Assembly: GCA_965248695.1 (NCBI GenBank)
Contig: CBDFKD010000002.1
Location: forward strand, 2,368,001-2,432,000
From: Acidobacteriota bacterium
GTDB taxonomy: Bacteria > Acidobacteriota > UBA890 > WLXD01
Length of the DNA stretch: 64,000 bases
Direction: 5' to 3'
Shown: positions 9,701 to 18,873 of the stretch, piece by piece
How the letters are laid out: every line of letters begins with the position of its first letter
Position numbering within the stretch: the stretch's first letter is position 1
Program-made: the position numbers and the translations under genes
The notes under the pieces: generated by a model
Databases searched by the model: none
Told to the model about the DNA's origin: nothing
The model's input: only the letters and a program-made list of their open reading frames with translations

Positions 9701-11103
9701 GTGATGAGGAACGGTCGGATCAACCACTTCGTTGTCGGCGCCGTCGCGTTGGCGTTGCTGCCGATTGGCACCTCGGCAGTGGGCCAGGACCAATGGTCAC
9801 GCTTCCGCGGTCCGCGGGCGGGTGACGTTTCCGACGATCCCGCTCTGCCCGACACCTGGAGTGAGACGGACAACGTCGTTTGGAAGATCGACGTTCCCGG
9901 GCAGAGTTGGAGCTCGCCCGTGGTCTGGGGCGATCATGTCTTCATCACCTCGGCAATCAGCTCGGGCGAAGAGCCCACTCCGTTGCCGGGTCTCTACGAT
10001 CCGGGAAACGCTAATGGGGCGTTCAGGGCATCGGCGGAACATCGCTGGATGGTGTACGACGTCGATTTCGCTACCGGACAAGTGAACTGGGAGCGGGAGC
10101 TGCACCGCGTCGGCCCGCCGATCGCCAAGCACATCAAGAACAGCTTCGCGTCGGAAACCCCGGTCACCGATGGCCGGCACCTGTACGTGTACTTCGGCAG
10201 CATCGGTCTTGTCAGCTCCTTGAACATGAGCGGGGAGACCGTCTGGACCAGACAGATCGGCGCGTTCGAGACCACGCTCGGGTTTGGCACCGCCGCCTCG
10301 CCGGCCCTCCACGAGGGCCGCCTCTATATTGTCAACGACAACACGACCCAGTCATTCATCGCCGCCTTCGATACGGAGACGGGCGAGGAGATCTGGAGGG
10401 TGCCTCGGGCTGAGCGTGGGCAGAACTGGGCTACCCCGTTCATCTGGGAAAACGAGCTCCGCACCGAGATCGTTACGGCAGGCAGCCAAGGAGTCCGCTC
10501 GTACGATCTCGATGGCAACCTGCTGTGGGAGATCGACGGGATGTCGGCGCTCACCGTTCCGACACCGTTCGCCAAGCATGGACTCGTCTACATCGCCTCC
10601 GGCTACCCAGGGGCACCGCTTCGTCCGGTTTACGCCGTTCGTCCCGGCGCATCGGGCGACATCACGCTTTGGCGCGACGAACAGGGTGGCCTGTCGACCG
10701 GATTCCCGGGCCCGTTGAGATCGTCCGAGCACGTCGCCTGGTCGTACCCACTGCTGGGTACGTACAACACCTCGGCGCTCGTGTACGGAGACTACTCTTC
10801 TACACCTTGCTCGACCGGGGGTTCTTCCTCAGCCACGACGCGCGGACAGGCGAAGAAATCTACGGCCGCCAACGTCTCGAGATCGGCAACGGCTTCACCG
10901 CCTCGCCCTGGGCATACAACGACAAGATCTTCCTGCTGAGCGAGGACGGCGACACCTACGTGGTGCAGGCAGGGCCGGAGTTCAAGATCCTCGGCAAGAA
11001 CTCGCTCGACGAGATGTCGTTGGCAACGCCTGCCGTCGTCAGCGGTAGCCTGATTCTCAGGACGAAGACGAAGCTCTACCGGATTGCGCGAGACGCGCCG
11101 TGA
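9701..11103 (+). pseudogene. PQQ-binding-like beta-propeller protein, frameshifted near 10796
   Basis: WSRFRGP, WSSPVVWGD and NSFASETPVTDG motifs. YGDY continues as FYTLLDRG...ASPWAYNDK in another frame, matching the intact paralogue at 21844. Confidence 0.8.
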
Positions 11104-12116
11104 CGAGCCGACAAGTGCGCCTCATCGGCCCTCGAGTGATGCTTGCCCTGGCGCTCGTTGCCACTGCGACGGGTGGCGCCAAAGCATCGCCGCAGGGGGT
11201 AAGCCTCGAACGGGTCGGCTCGATTCCCATGCCCGCGGAGCGTCGGCAAGGGCGTCCGAGGAGCCTCGTGAGGATGCAAGACGACTTCGCGTACGTGTCG
11301 CTCGGCAGGACCTTCATGATCTTCGAGGTCTCGGATCCGGCTGCACCGGAGCGGCTGGGATCGTTCGAGTTCCCCGAGGAGATCTGGGGGTTCAGGCTCG
11401 CCGACTCGCGTGCGTACGTGGGCGCCAACTTCTTCGGGCTCGGCATCCTCGATATCTCGGATCCGTCGGCGCCGAAGCTCGTAGGCTGGCACGACACACT
11501 CGGTCAGGCGAAGATCGGGGCGGTCTTCGGCAACAAGGTCGCTGTCATCGATCACATGGAAGGCCTCGTGATGCTCGATGTGTCGAACGAGGCGAAACCG
11601 ACCGTGGTCGGCTCGTTCTTCCTCGACGGCTACGCTCGCGATGTCGTGACGCGGGGGTCGCTGGCGTATGCGGTCGACTCGCCTACGGGGCTCTATCTGT
11701 TCGATCTCGCGAAGCCCGGCCCGCCGGAGCCGGTCAGCGTGCTCCACGCTCCTGGTGCGCCCCATTCGATCGAGGTCTCGTCGCCGGTGGCTAGTGGGGA
11801 GCCGACTCTTTTGTGCGGGGCGGGCGGCGGCAATCTCCAGGTGTATGACGTGTCGAATCCGATGGCGCCCGTGAAGACGGCGACGTTCGAGACGCCCGGT
11901 CGTGCCGAGCGCGTCGCGCTGGAGGGCACGCTCGCCTACGTTGCCGACGGCCAGGCCGGAGTTCAGATCGTGGACCTTTCGACGCCTTCCGAACCCAGAT
12001 CGATCGGCTCCTACGAGACTGCAGGACCGGCGCGCGATGTTGCCGTGACGGGTTCGCACGTCTTCGTCGTCGTGGGCGGTGAGGACGCAGAAGTGTTGAT
12101 TCTGAGACGGTCCTGA
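11100..12116 (+). CDS. LVIVD-repeat beta-propeller protein, secreted
   Basis: Repeated units GLGILDISDPSAP, GLVMLDVSN, LQVYDVSNP and GVQIVDLSTP; signal peptide; GTGA overlap with the upstream stop. Confidence 0.85.
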   Translation: MTSRQVRLIGPRVMLALALVATATGGAKASPQGVSLERVGSIPMPAERRQGRPRSLVRMQDDFAYVSLGRTFMIFEVSDPAAPERLGSFEFPEEIWGFRLADSRAYVGANFFGLGILDISDPSAPKLVGWHDTLGQAKIGAVFGNKVAVIDHMEGLVMLDVSNEAKPTVVGSFFLDGYARDVVTRGSLAYAVDSPTGLYLFDLAKPGPPEPVSVLHAPGAPHSIEVSSPVASGEPTLLCGAGGGNLQVYDVSNPMAPVKTATFETPGRAERVALEGTLAYVADGQAGVQIVDLSTPSEPRSIGSYETAGPARDVAVTGSHVFVVVGGEDAEVLILRRS

Positions 12117-12334
12117 CGAGGCGGTGGGCGGCGCTTCGAATGGTGCACGCACGGGCCCCTGTAGTGTTGCGGATGAAAACGACTTCGCCGTCGTACGACT
12201 CTCTTTCACGAAGGTCACCGCCGTGGGAACCTAGGCCGGTTCGCTCATTGAGACCGATGACTTGCAGACAGGGCAGCGTTGAGCCACGAAAGACCGCGCA
12301 ACGCTGAGGCGCATCGAAGCGCCGGAGGAGATCC

Positions 12335-13759
12335 ATGAAGAAGAAAGACACGAAAGCGCCGACGGGCAACGAGGGCATCAGCCGGCGGGACTTCGCCAAG
12401 ACCTCGGTAGCCGCCGGCGCCGCCGCCGTAGCGCTGCCGGGATCCGTGCGCGGCGAGATGGTCAGGGGAATGTCCCCGACGGGCACCGGGAAGCCCCATT
12501 CGGGCAACTGGGCCAGCGGACTCACGATCCCACAGGAGTACTACGTCGACGCGGCGCGCTACGTCGCCGACGAGAAGTACCTGTCCGAGAACATGTGGCT
12601 GTACGTCGACCACGAGTCGAGCATCCCGGACCCCGGCGACTTCTTCGTCTACGAGTTCGGGCGCGCCGAGAGCATCCTCATCGTTCGCGGTCAGGACAAC
12701 GAGGTGCGGGCGTTTTACAACGTCTGTCGCCATCGCGGCTCGCGGCTCTGCCGCCACGACGCGGATTCGATTCCGAGCGACCCGCGCCTGTCGGTCAAGC
12801 AGCTCGGACAGACGGGCAACTCGCCGGTGTTCCGCTGCCCCTACCATGCCTGGACGTACGACACCGAGGGCAGCCTGATCTATGCCTACGGCATGCAGGA
12901 AGACTTCGACCCGGCCGACAACGGGTTGGTTCCCTGTCACCTGCACATCGAGACCGGCAGCATCCACGTGCACCTTTCGCCCGGGGCCGAAAAGCCGGCC
13001 TTCGAGGACGCGATGGCGAGCCTCCGCAACCTCGGCGAGATGTACGGCATGGCCGGTCTGAAGGTCGGCGTCCGCGAGAAGTACCACGTCAAGGCCAACT
13101 GGAAGCTGGCGTTCGAGAACTTCCTGGAGTGCTATCACTGCGGTCCATCGCACACGTCCCTGGTGACGACGCACCACTGGGATGAGGAAGGCACTCCCGA
13201 GGTGTGGGAAGAGCAATCCGCCAAGGTCCGCGATTGGGCGCCCGACTTCCAGCGCCAGCGCTGGGGCGAGGAGGCCGAGGGTGGCATGGGCGGCATGAGC
13301 GGCGACGACGGCGATTCACCGTACCCGTCGACGTCCGGGATGCTCAACCCCGGCTTCGTGACCGGCTCGCTCGACGGCAAGGCCGTCGCGCCACGGCTGC
13401 CGAACCGCCCCGAGTGGACCCACGAGTCGCGAGTTGCGACGACGGGGCACACGATGGGCTACTGGCAGTGCTACGACGACCACATCATGGTGGCGCGCTT
13501 CACGCCGCGTGACGTCGACAGCACCGACGCCGAGATCATCTGGCTCGTACACCCCGACGCTGTCGAGGGGCGCGACTTCGACCCCGAGAAGGTCAAGGGC
13601 CTGTGGCACGTCACCATCCAGGAAGACGCCTGGATCACCGTCAACAACCACGACGGCATCCGCTCGGCGGCATACGGATCGGGACAATACTCCCGCAACG
13701 AGCGCAGCCTGGTGAACTTCATGGACTGGTACATGAACGAGGTGGTCCCGAACAGCTAG
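12335..13759 (+). CDS. Rieske oxygenase alpha subunit (GbcA-like) with Tat signal; paralogue of 6633..8159
   Basis: GGAGGAG RBS; ISRRDFAK Tat motif; CRH..CPYH, NWKLAFENFLECYHC..SH and QED motifs. Confidence 0.85.
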   Translation: MKKKDTKAPTGNEGISRRDFAKTSVAAGAAAVALPGSVRGEMVRGMSPTGTGKPHSGNWASGLTIPQEYYVDAARYVADEKYLSENMWLYVDHESSIPDPGDFFVYEFGRAESILIVRGQDNEVRAFYNVCRHRGSRLCRHDADSIPSDPRLSVKQLGQTGNSPVFRCPYHAWTYDTEGSLIYAYGMQEDFDPADNGLVPCHLHIETGSIHVHLSPGAEKPAFEDAMASLRNLGEMYGMAGLKVGVREKYHVKANWKLAFENFLECYHCGPSHTSLVTTHHWDEEGTPEVWEEQSAKVRDWAPDFQRQRWGEEAEGGMGGMSGDDGDSPYPSTSGMLNPGFVTGSLDGKAVAPRLPNRPEWTHESRVATTGHTMGYWQCYDDHIMVARFTPRDVDSTDAEIIWLVHPDAVEGRDFDPEKVKGLWHVTIQEDAWITVNNHDGIRSAAYGSGQYSRNERSLVNFMDWYMNEVVPNS

Positions 13760-13778
13760 GCCAGGCGGACTGAATCCG

Positions 13779-13905
13779 GCGACGGACGCTCGTGTGTTCG
13801 CCGCTGTGGCCGCGGATCGTCGTGGGCTCTGATGTGTTGGCAATCGTGCCGACAGCGCTACGCACCGCGCGTATCGATCCGTCGACAGCGCTAGAGGTCA
13901 ACTAG
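13779..13905 (+). pseudogene. Degraded C-terminal remnant of an ABC/FtsX-like (ADOP) permease
   Basis: Translates as ATDARVFAAVAA, then after a frameshift [29 protein letters not shown]. This resembles the end of the intact permease (APTVRALRIEPTAALRDGD). Confidence 0.5.
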
Positions 13906-13932
13906 TCTCGGGGCAGCTAGAATCCTCGCGTC

Positions 13933-14312
13933 ATGTTCAGGTCAGTCCTCGTCTTGGTCGTCGGTACCGTCATGCTCCCCGGGTGCGCATCAGCCCTGAG
14001 ACCTCGATTGGCGATCTCCCGAACATCGTCATTCTGTTCGCCGACGACCTCGGCTATGGCGACCTAGGCGTCTACGGCAACCCGACCATCCGAACCCCCA
14101 ACCTCGATCGCATGGCGGCCGAGGGCATGAAGTTCACACAGCTGTACGTCGGCGCCTCGGTGTGCACACCGAGCCGAGCGGCGCTGATCACAGGACGCCT
14201 GCCGATCCGAAGCGGGATGGCCAACGACCGCTTCCGGGTGATCTTCCCTCCCTCCGAGGGAGGCCTACCGGACTCCGAGCTCACGATCGCGGAGGCGCTC
14301 AAGAGCGCCGGG
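13933..14312 (+). pseudogene. N-terminal fragment of a formylglycine-type arylsulfatase
   Basis: The signal peptide [18 protein letters not shown] is out of frame with [16 protein letters not shown]...[12 protein letters not shown]. Homology stops at AEALKSAG, with no GKWHLG motif. Confidence 0.8.
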
Positions 14313-14432
14313 TGCCTGCAGGATGGGCCGACCCCGGTCGCCGTCTCGATAGGCGGCCCAGGCCAGCAGGCCATCTCGTGCGCGTTCTACGATAGCCGCA
14401 AGATCGGCCCGGCACTGCACAGGGAGAGAACA

Positions 14433-15302
14433 TTGAGCGGACTCACCGGCATCAACCTGGCGATGCAAACCCCGATGCATGCCGACGGCAGCATCGACTA
14501 CGCACGCTGGGAAGAGCTCATCGACATCTACATCGACGCCGGCGTCCACGGTCTGGTACTCGGTGCCGGCACCGGACAGCATCCCTACCTGACCCGAGAG
14601 GAATGCAATCGGCTTTACGAGCTCGGCGCCGGGCGTATCGAGGGCGGCTGCAGCCTGATTTGCCAGACCTCCGCACTGGTGTTCGACGAAGCCGTCGAGC
14701 GCAGCAAACATGCTCAGGGGCTCGGTGCCAATGCGCTGATGATCCTGCCGCCCTACCTCGAAGGCCCCGAAGACGACGACGGGTTGTTTGCCTTCTACGA
14801 GGCCATCGATTCCGCGGTCGAAACCGACATCATCGGCTACAACATCCCGCAAACCGCCGGCATCGGAATCTCCGTCGAGCTGTTCAAACGTCTCAACCAG
14901 CTCGAGCACTTCAACTACATCAAGGACAGTGCCGGCAACCTGGCCACCCACCAGGAGTACCTGGCCACCGGATATGGCGTCTTGAACGGTTGCGACCCCA
15001 ATACCGTCTTCAGCTTCATCGCCGGGGCGCCGGGGTGTATCTGGGGCGGCGCGAACTACATGCCACGTGAGGCCGTCCGCCTGTTCGAGCTGGTAGCCGG
15101 CAACGACATCGCCGGCGCCATGGAACTGTGGTCGCGGATGATCCCGTCGCTGCTCTGCATCTGGAGCGGCAACTACGTTCCCAAGGTCAAGGCGGCCTCC
15201 CGGCAGCGTGGCTTCGACGGCGGTCCCGTGCGCGCGCCGCTGCAAGAGCTAACCGTCGACGAGGCGCGTGAGCTCACCGCCTCTCTCGAGCCGCTGGGCT
15301 GA
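14433..15302 (+). CDS. Dihydrodipicolinate synthase (DapA/NAL) family class I aldolase-like protein
   Basis: GGGAGAG lies before TTG 14433. [18 protein letters not shown], Schiff-base lysine YIKDS and VRAPL motifs. Confidence 0.85.
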   Translation: MSGLTGINLAMQTPMHADGSIDYARWEELIDIYIDAGVHGLVLGAGTGQHPYLTREECNRLYELGAGRIEGGCSLICQTSALVFDEAVERSKHAQGLGANALMILPPYLEGPEDDDGLFAFYEAIDSAVETDIIGYNIPQTAGIGISVELFKRLNQLEHFNYIKDSAGNLATHQEYLATGYGVLNGCDPNTVFSFIAGAPGCIWGGANYMPREAVRLFELVAGNDIAGAMELWSRMIPSLLCIWSGNYVPKVKAASRQRGFDGGPVRAPLQELTVDEARELTASLEPLG

Positions 15303-15491
15303 ACGGTCTCGCTCAGCGAGTCAATCTCACCTGAGGCGCATGCAGATGCGTGGCCATCGCGGCGCGCTCGGGGGAGCCGGACGCTGCCTCCGTTGGATCT
15401 CGACCGCGACGGCGGTACGCTGCAGGCGCTCAACGACCTGCTTCGGGAACCCCATGGAACCCGATACCTTCGCGAGAACAGCGAGGCGGCT

Positions 15492-17309
15492 ATGAAGGCA
15501 ATTCGGATCCTGACCCTGATACTTCTTGTTCCGGTCTCTGCAGTCTTGGCGCAGCAGTCGCGCATGCCCGCGACGTCCGCGCAGGTCGCCAGGCCCGGAG
15601 GGACGCTGCCGGGCAACGTCGAGATCTCGCTCGTCAAGATCGCCGACGGCTTTCAGGACCCGACCAATGTTGCCAGCGCCGGGGACGGCACCGGGCGGAT
15701 CTTTGTCGTCGAGCGCGCCGGCCGGGTCCGGGTTGTGCACCGGGACGGGCGCGTGCAGGAAGAGCCGTTTCTCGATCTCACCAGCATCAATCCGTTGGGA
15801 AGCGACGTGCAGACGGGCTTCGTCGAGCAGGGGCTCTACGCCATCGCGTTCCATCCCGAGTTCAGCGACAACGGGTATTTCTACGCCCACTACGCGTCGT
15901 TGCCGTTCAACGGAGACGGAGTGATCGTGCGCTTTCAGGTCGACCCGAAAAGCCCGGACACCGTGACGGCGGAGCGCACCCGCCAGACCGCGAAGGTCCT
16001 GATGCGGATCGAGCAGCCTTACTACAACCACAACGGGGGGCAGATCGAGTTCGGCCCCGACGGCTATCTCTACATCGGGTCCGGGGACGGCGGCTGGGAA
16101 GGCGATCCGCTGGAGGCTGGGCAGGATCTCTCGACGCTGCTCGGCAAGATGATCCGGATCGATGTCGACACCTCCGACAACGACCGCATCCCCTACAGGA
16201 TTCCCGAGACGAACCCGTTAGCGGGCGCCAACGACGAACGGCTGATGCAGCTCTTCGGAATCTCGGAGCTCGCTTTCTCGAAGATCAAGACGCGCGGGCG
16301 CCCAGAAATCTGGGCGTTCGGCGTGCGCAACCCGTATGAGTTTTCCTTCGACCTGAAGACGGGCGATCTGTACATCGCCGACGTCGGACAGAACCACTGG
16401 GAGGAGATCATCTTCCAGCCCTCGGCGAGCCGTGGAGGGGAGAACTATGGCTGGCCGAAGATGAACGGAACGAAGTGCTACCCCATGACAGGCGCGACCG
16501 ATGAGTGCGCGCAGGTGGGATTGCTGCCGGCAGCGGAGTATCCGCACGAGGTTCCCTACCCGGGAGCAGCACCGCTCACGGGAGGCTTCGGTTGCTCGGT
16601 GCAGGGACTGGGGGTGGCGAACTACGGCGGAATGAACGGCGTTTATCTGGTGGGCGACTGGTGCTCCGGGCGCGTCTTCGGTCTCGGATGGGACGGCGAG
16701 CGCTGGCAGCTGGAGGAGCTTCTGCAGACGAACCTGCAGTTCACCGCCGGAGGCTATGACGAAGACGGCTTCGTCCTCGCCGTCAACTGCAACTGCTTCT
16801 ACACGTCTGACCGCGGTCCCGCCGCGAATCCGCCGGGCGCGCTCTGGCGCATCGTCCCTTCGAGCGAGGTCGGGCCCGATGCCGAAGTCGCGAGAGTGGT
16901 CGCAACAGATTCAACGGGTGACGTGGCAGGCGGCCCCCTGGTCTTTCGGAACGCCCTGGACAACACGCCGCTGGATTTCAACAGCGAGCCGGAAGTAAGC
17001 CTGTCGGCGACGGCGCGGCAATTCCGGGATTCCGGAGTGAATCCGTACAAAGGGAATGCGACCGCGGTCGCCGAGGGAAGGACGGCCTATCTCCAGGAGT
17101 GCGCCTCCTGTCACCTGGAGGACGCTACCGGGCGCATAGGGTCGAACCTCGTCGACGATCAGTACGCTCACGCGCGCGTCTCCACGGACGTCGGGATGTT
17201 CGAGGTGATCTACGCCGGCGGGGTGGGCGCGATGCAGCCCGCCGCCGGACGCATCACCCTCGACGAGATGCTGAAGATCATGGCGTTTCTCGACTCGTTG
17301 CAGAGATGA
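15492..17309 (+). CDS. Secreted PQQ-dependent sugar dehydrogenase (GSDH family) fused to a C-terminal c-type cytochrome
   Basis: Signal peptide; NHNGGQIEFGPDGYLYIGSGDGG, GVRNPY, DVGQNHWEE and NYGWP motifs. The C-terminus has CASCH and GAM. Confidence 0.85.
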   Translation: MKAIRILTLILLVPVSAVLAQQSRMPATSAQVARPGGTLPGNVEISLVKIADGFQDPTNVASAGDGTGRIFVVERAGRVRVVHRDGRVQEEPFLDLTSINPLGSDVQTGFVEQGLYAIAFHPEFSDNGYFYAHYASLPFNGDGVIVRFQVDPKSPDTVTAERTRQTAKVLMRIEQPYYNHNGGQIEFGPDGYLYIGSGDGGWEGDPLEAGQDLSTLLGKMIRIDVDTSDNDRIPYRIPETNPLAGANDERLMQLFGISELAFSKIKTRGRPEIWAFGVRNPYEFSFDLKTGDLYIADVGQNHWEEIIFQPSASRGGENYGWPKMNGTKCYPMTGATDECAQVGLLPAAEYPHEVPYPGAAPLTGGFGCSVQGLGVANYGGMNGVYLVGDWCSGRVFGLGWDGERWQLEELLQTNLQFTAGGYDEDGFVLAVNCNCFYTSDRGPAANPPGALWRIVPSSEVGPDAEVARVVATDSTGDVAGGPLVFRNALDNTPLDFNSEPEVSLSATARQFRDSGVNPYKGNATAVAEGRTAYLQECASCHLEDATGRIGSNLVDDQYAHARVSTDVGMFEVIYAGGVGAMQPAAGRITLDEMLKIMAFLDSLQR

Positions 17310-17347
17310 CAAACGAGCCTGCCGCCGACCTCGGTCGCCATCGTCCC

Positions 17348-18667
17348 TCACACCACGGCGATCTCGATCGGCAACTTGGAAAGCAAGCGCGCCCCGTCTT
17401 GCTCGAAGACGACGGTCTTCATCAGTGACTCGCCGAGGACGCTCTCATAGTTGGTGACCATCCCCTCCTGGAACACCCAGTTCTCTGGATTCTCGCCCAA
17501 GCCAATTACGCTGAGCGTCTCGCTGTCGCTGGCACGACCAAACGACCAGACGAATGGGCCGACCCAATCCGGCGGGAAGCTGATGCCCATGTCGTAGCCA
17601 AAGCCCTCCGGGTCCAGGCCGACGTCGTCGTAGTACTCCCTGAGCGCAGTGCAGACGTCGGCAATGGGAGTGCCGGCGCGACCGTGCTCGCCGAGCACCG
17701 CGAACGAACCGGCGTTCTTAGCGTAGGACTCGACGGCCTCTGCCGGCGGATCTCCCAGCCAGTAGGTCCGCGACGTGTTGACGTGGTAGCGGTGCGCCAC
17801 CCCGCAAAGGTCGGCGAACAGCGCATCGCCTTGCTCCAGGCTCCTGCGGGACGGACACGCATGCCAGCCTCTGGGGTTGGTGACCTCGCAGATCAACGCC
17901 GGAGTCCCGCCGCCGGCAGCAAACATTGCCCGCAATGCCTCACCGTACATCTCCAGCTCGGTAACCCCGGGGTGCAGGGCTTCGCGGATGGCCTCATGGC
18001 CAATGTCGGCAATCCGCCCCGCGTCTTCCATGACGGCGATCTCCTCGGACGACTTGACCAGGCGAACCTCGCGCATCACGTCGCTACTGTCGACGACGCT
18101 GCAACCGGCGTTGGTGAAGGCTGCCTCGAGTTGCGCCGCCAACACCGGAGGAGGCCTGTAACTCCAGCGGTCGATCCCGACGGTGCCCCCAAGCCATCCT
18201 TCTGCCCGCAGCTCATCGATGACGAACTCCATGCCGCCTCGCATGACACGGAAGTCCTTCACCACGCTGATGGCGTCCAGCGTGGCTCGATGGGGACCGA
18301 CGTCGAAGTGAATCAGCTTGTCGTGGTCTACATGTACGGCAGTCCCGGAGAGCGGCCGCCAGCCCTTCGGCGAGTTGGCCCGGTACCAGCCGAGGATCAT
18401 GCCGTGCAGGTAGCACATCCCCTCCGGCAACATCACCCACAGGAGATCGATGTTGTCCTGCGCCATGCGCTCGCGCACGCGTCGTAGGCGGTCTTGGTAC
18501 TCGGCTTCCGAGAACGCCGGGCGCAGCTCGGCGACGCCCACCGGGTTGCGAGCTTGCCGCGCTGCGGCGATCTCGCTGGCGGTCGCCGAATCGCCACATC
18601 CGGCCGCCATCGCCGCTGCCGCAGACGAGCCCAGGAAAGCCCGGCGGTTGATTGCACGCTTTGTCAT
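17348..18667 (-). CDS. M24 (pita-bread fold) hydrolase, ectoine hydrolase/creatinase-like, Tat lipoprotein
   Basis: INRRAFLG...AAGC; FSEAEYQDRLRRVRERM, RLVKSSEEI, YHVNTSRT and GYDMGISFPPDW motifs. Confidence 0.75.
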   Translation of the reverse strand: MTKRAINRRAFLGSSAAAAMAAGCGDSATASEIAAARQARNPVGVAELRPAFSEAEYQDRLRRVRERMAQDNIDLLWVMLPEGMCYLHGMILGWYRANSPKGWRPLSGTAVHVDHDKLIHFDVGPHRATLDAISVVKDFRVMRGGMEFVIDELRAEGWLGGTVGIDRWSYRPPPVLAAQLEAAFTNAGCSVVDSSDVMREVRLVKSSEEIAVMEDAGRIADIGHEAIREALHPGVTELEMYGEALRAMFAAGGGTPALICEVTNPRGWHACPSRRSLEQGDALFADLCGVAHRYHVNTSRTYWLGDPPAEAVESYAKNAGSFAVLGEHGRAGTPIADVCTALREYYDDVGLDPEGFGYDMGISFPPDWVGPFVWSFGRASDSETLSVIGLGENPENWVFQEGMVTNYESVLGESLMKTVVFEQDGARLLSKLPIEIAVV

Positions 18668-18873
18668 CGTGAGGCCTCCGCAGAGAATGGGGCCGCTCCG
18701 TGCGGCACTCCTTTCGCCGGGCTTCTGCTAGAGCGATGTGTCCCCTTGGTGGTTGGGAACAGAACGTTGCCACGGTTCCAGGGTCGCACATACGCCAGCA
18801 CCGACGGGTATGGATCGATCGGCATCGGTATCGCGCGGCTGCTTGGTCGGCCCGGAGATCGAGCGGTGGGAGC

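Noticed and set aside
12268-12310. c-di-GMP-I riboswitch resemblance (ACAGGGCA...GAAAG...GCGCAA)
   Set aside because: It lacks the GGCAAA and GACGCAAAG cores and the second stem; it is kept only as a generic hairpin.
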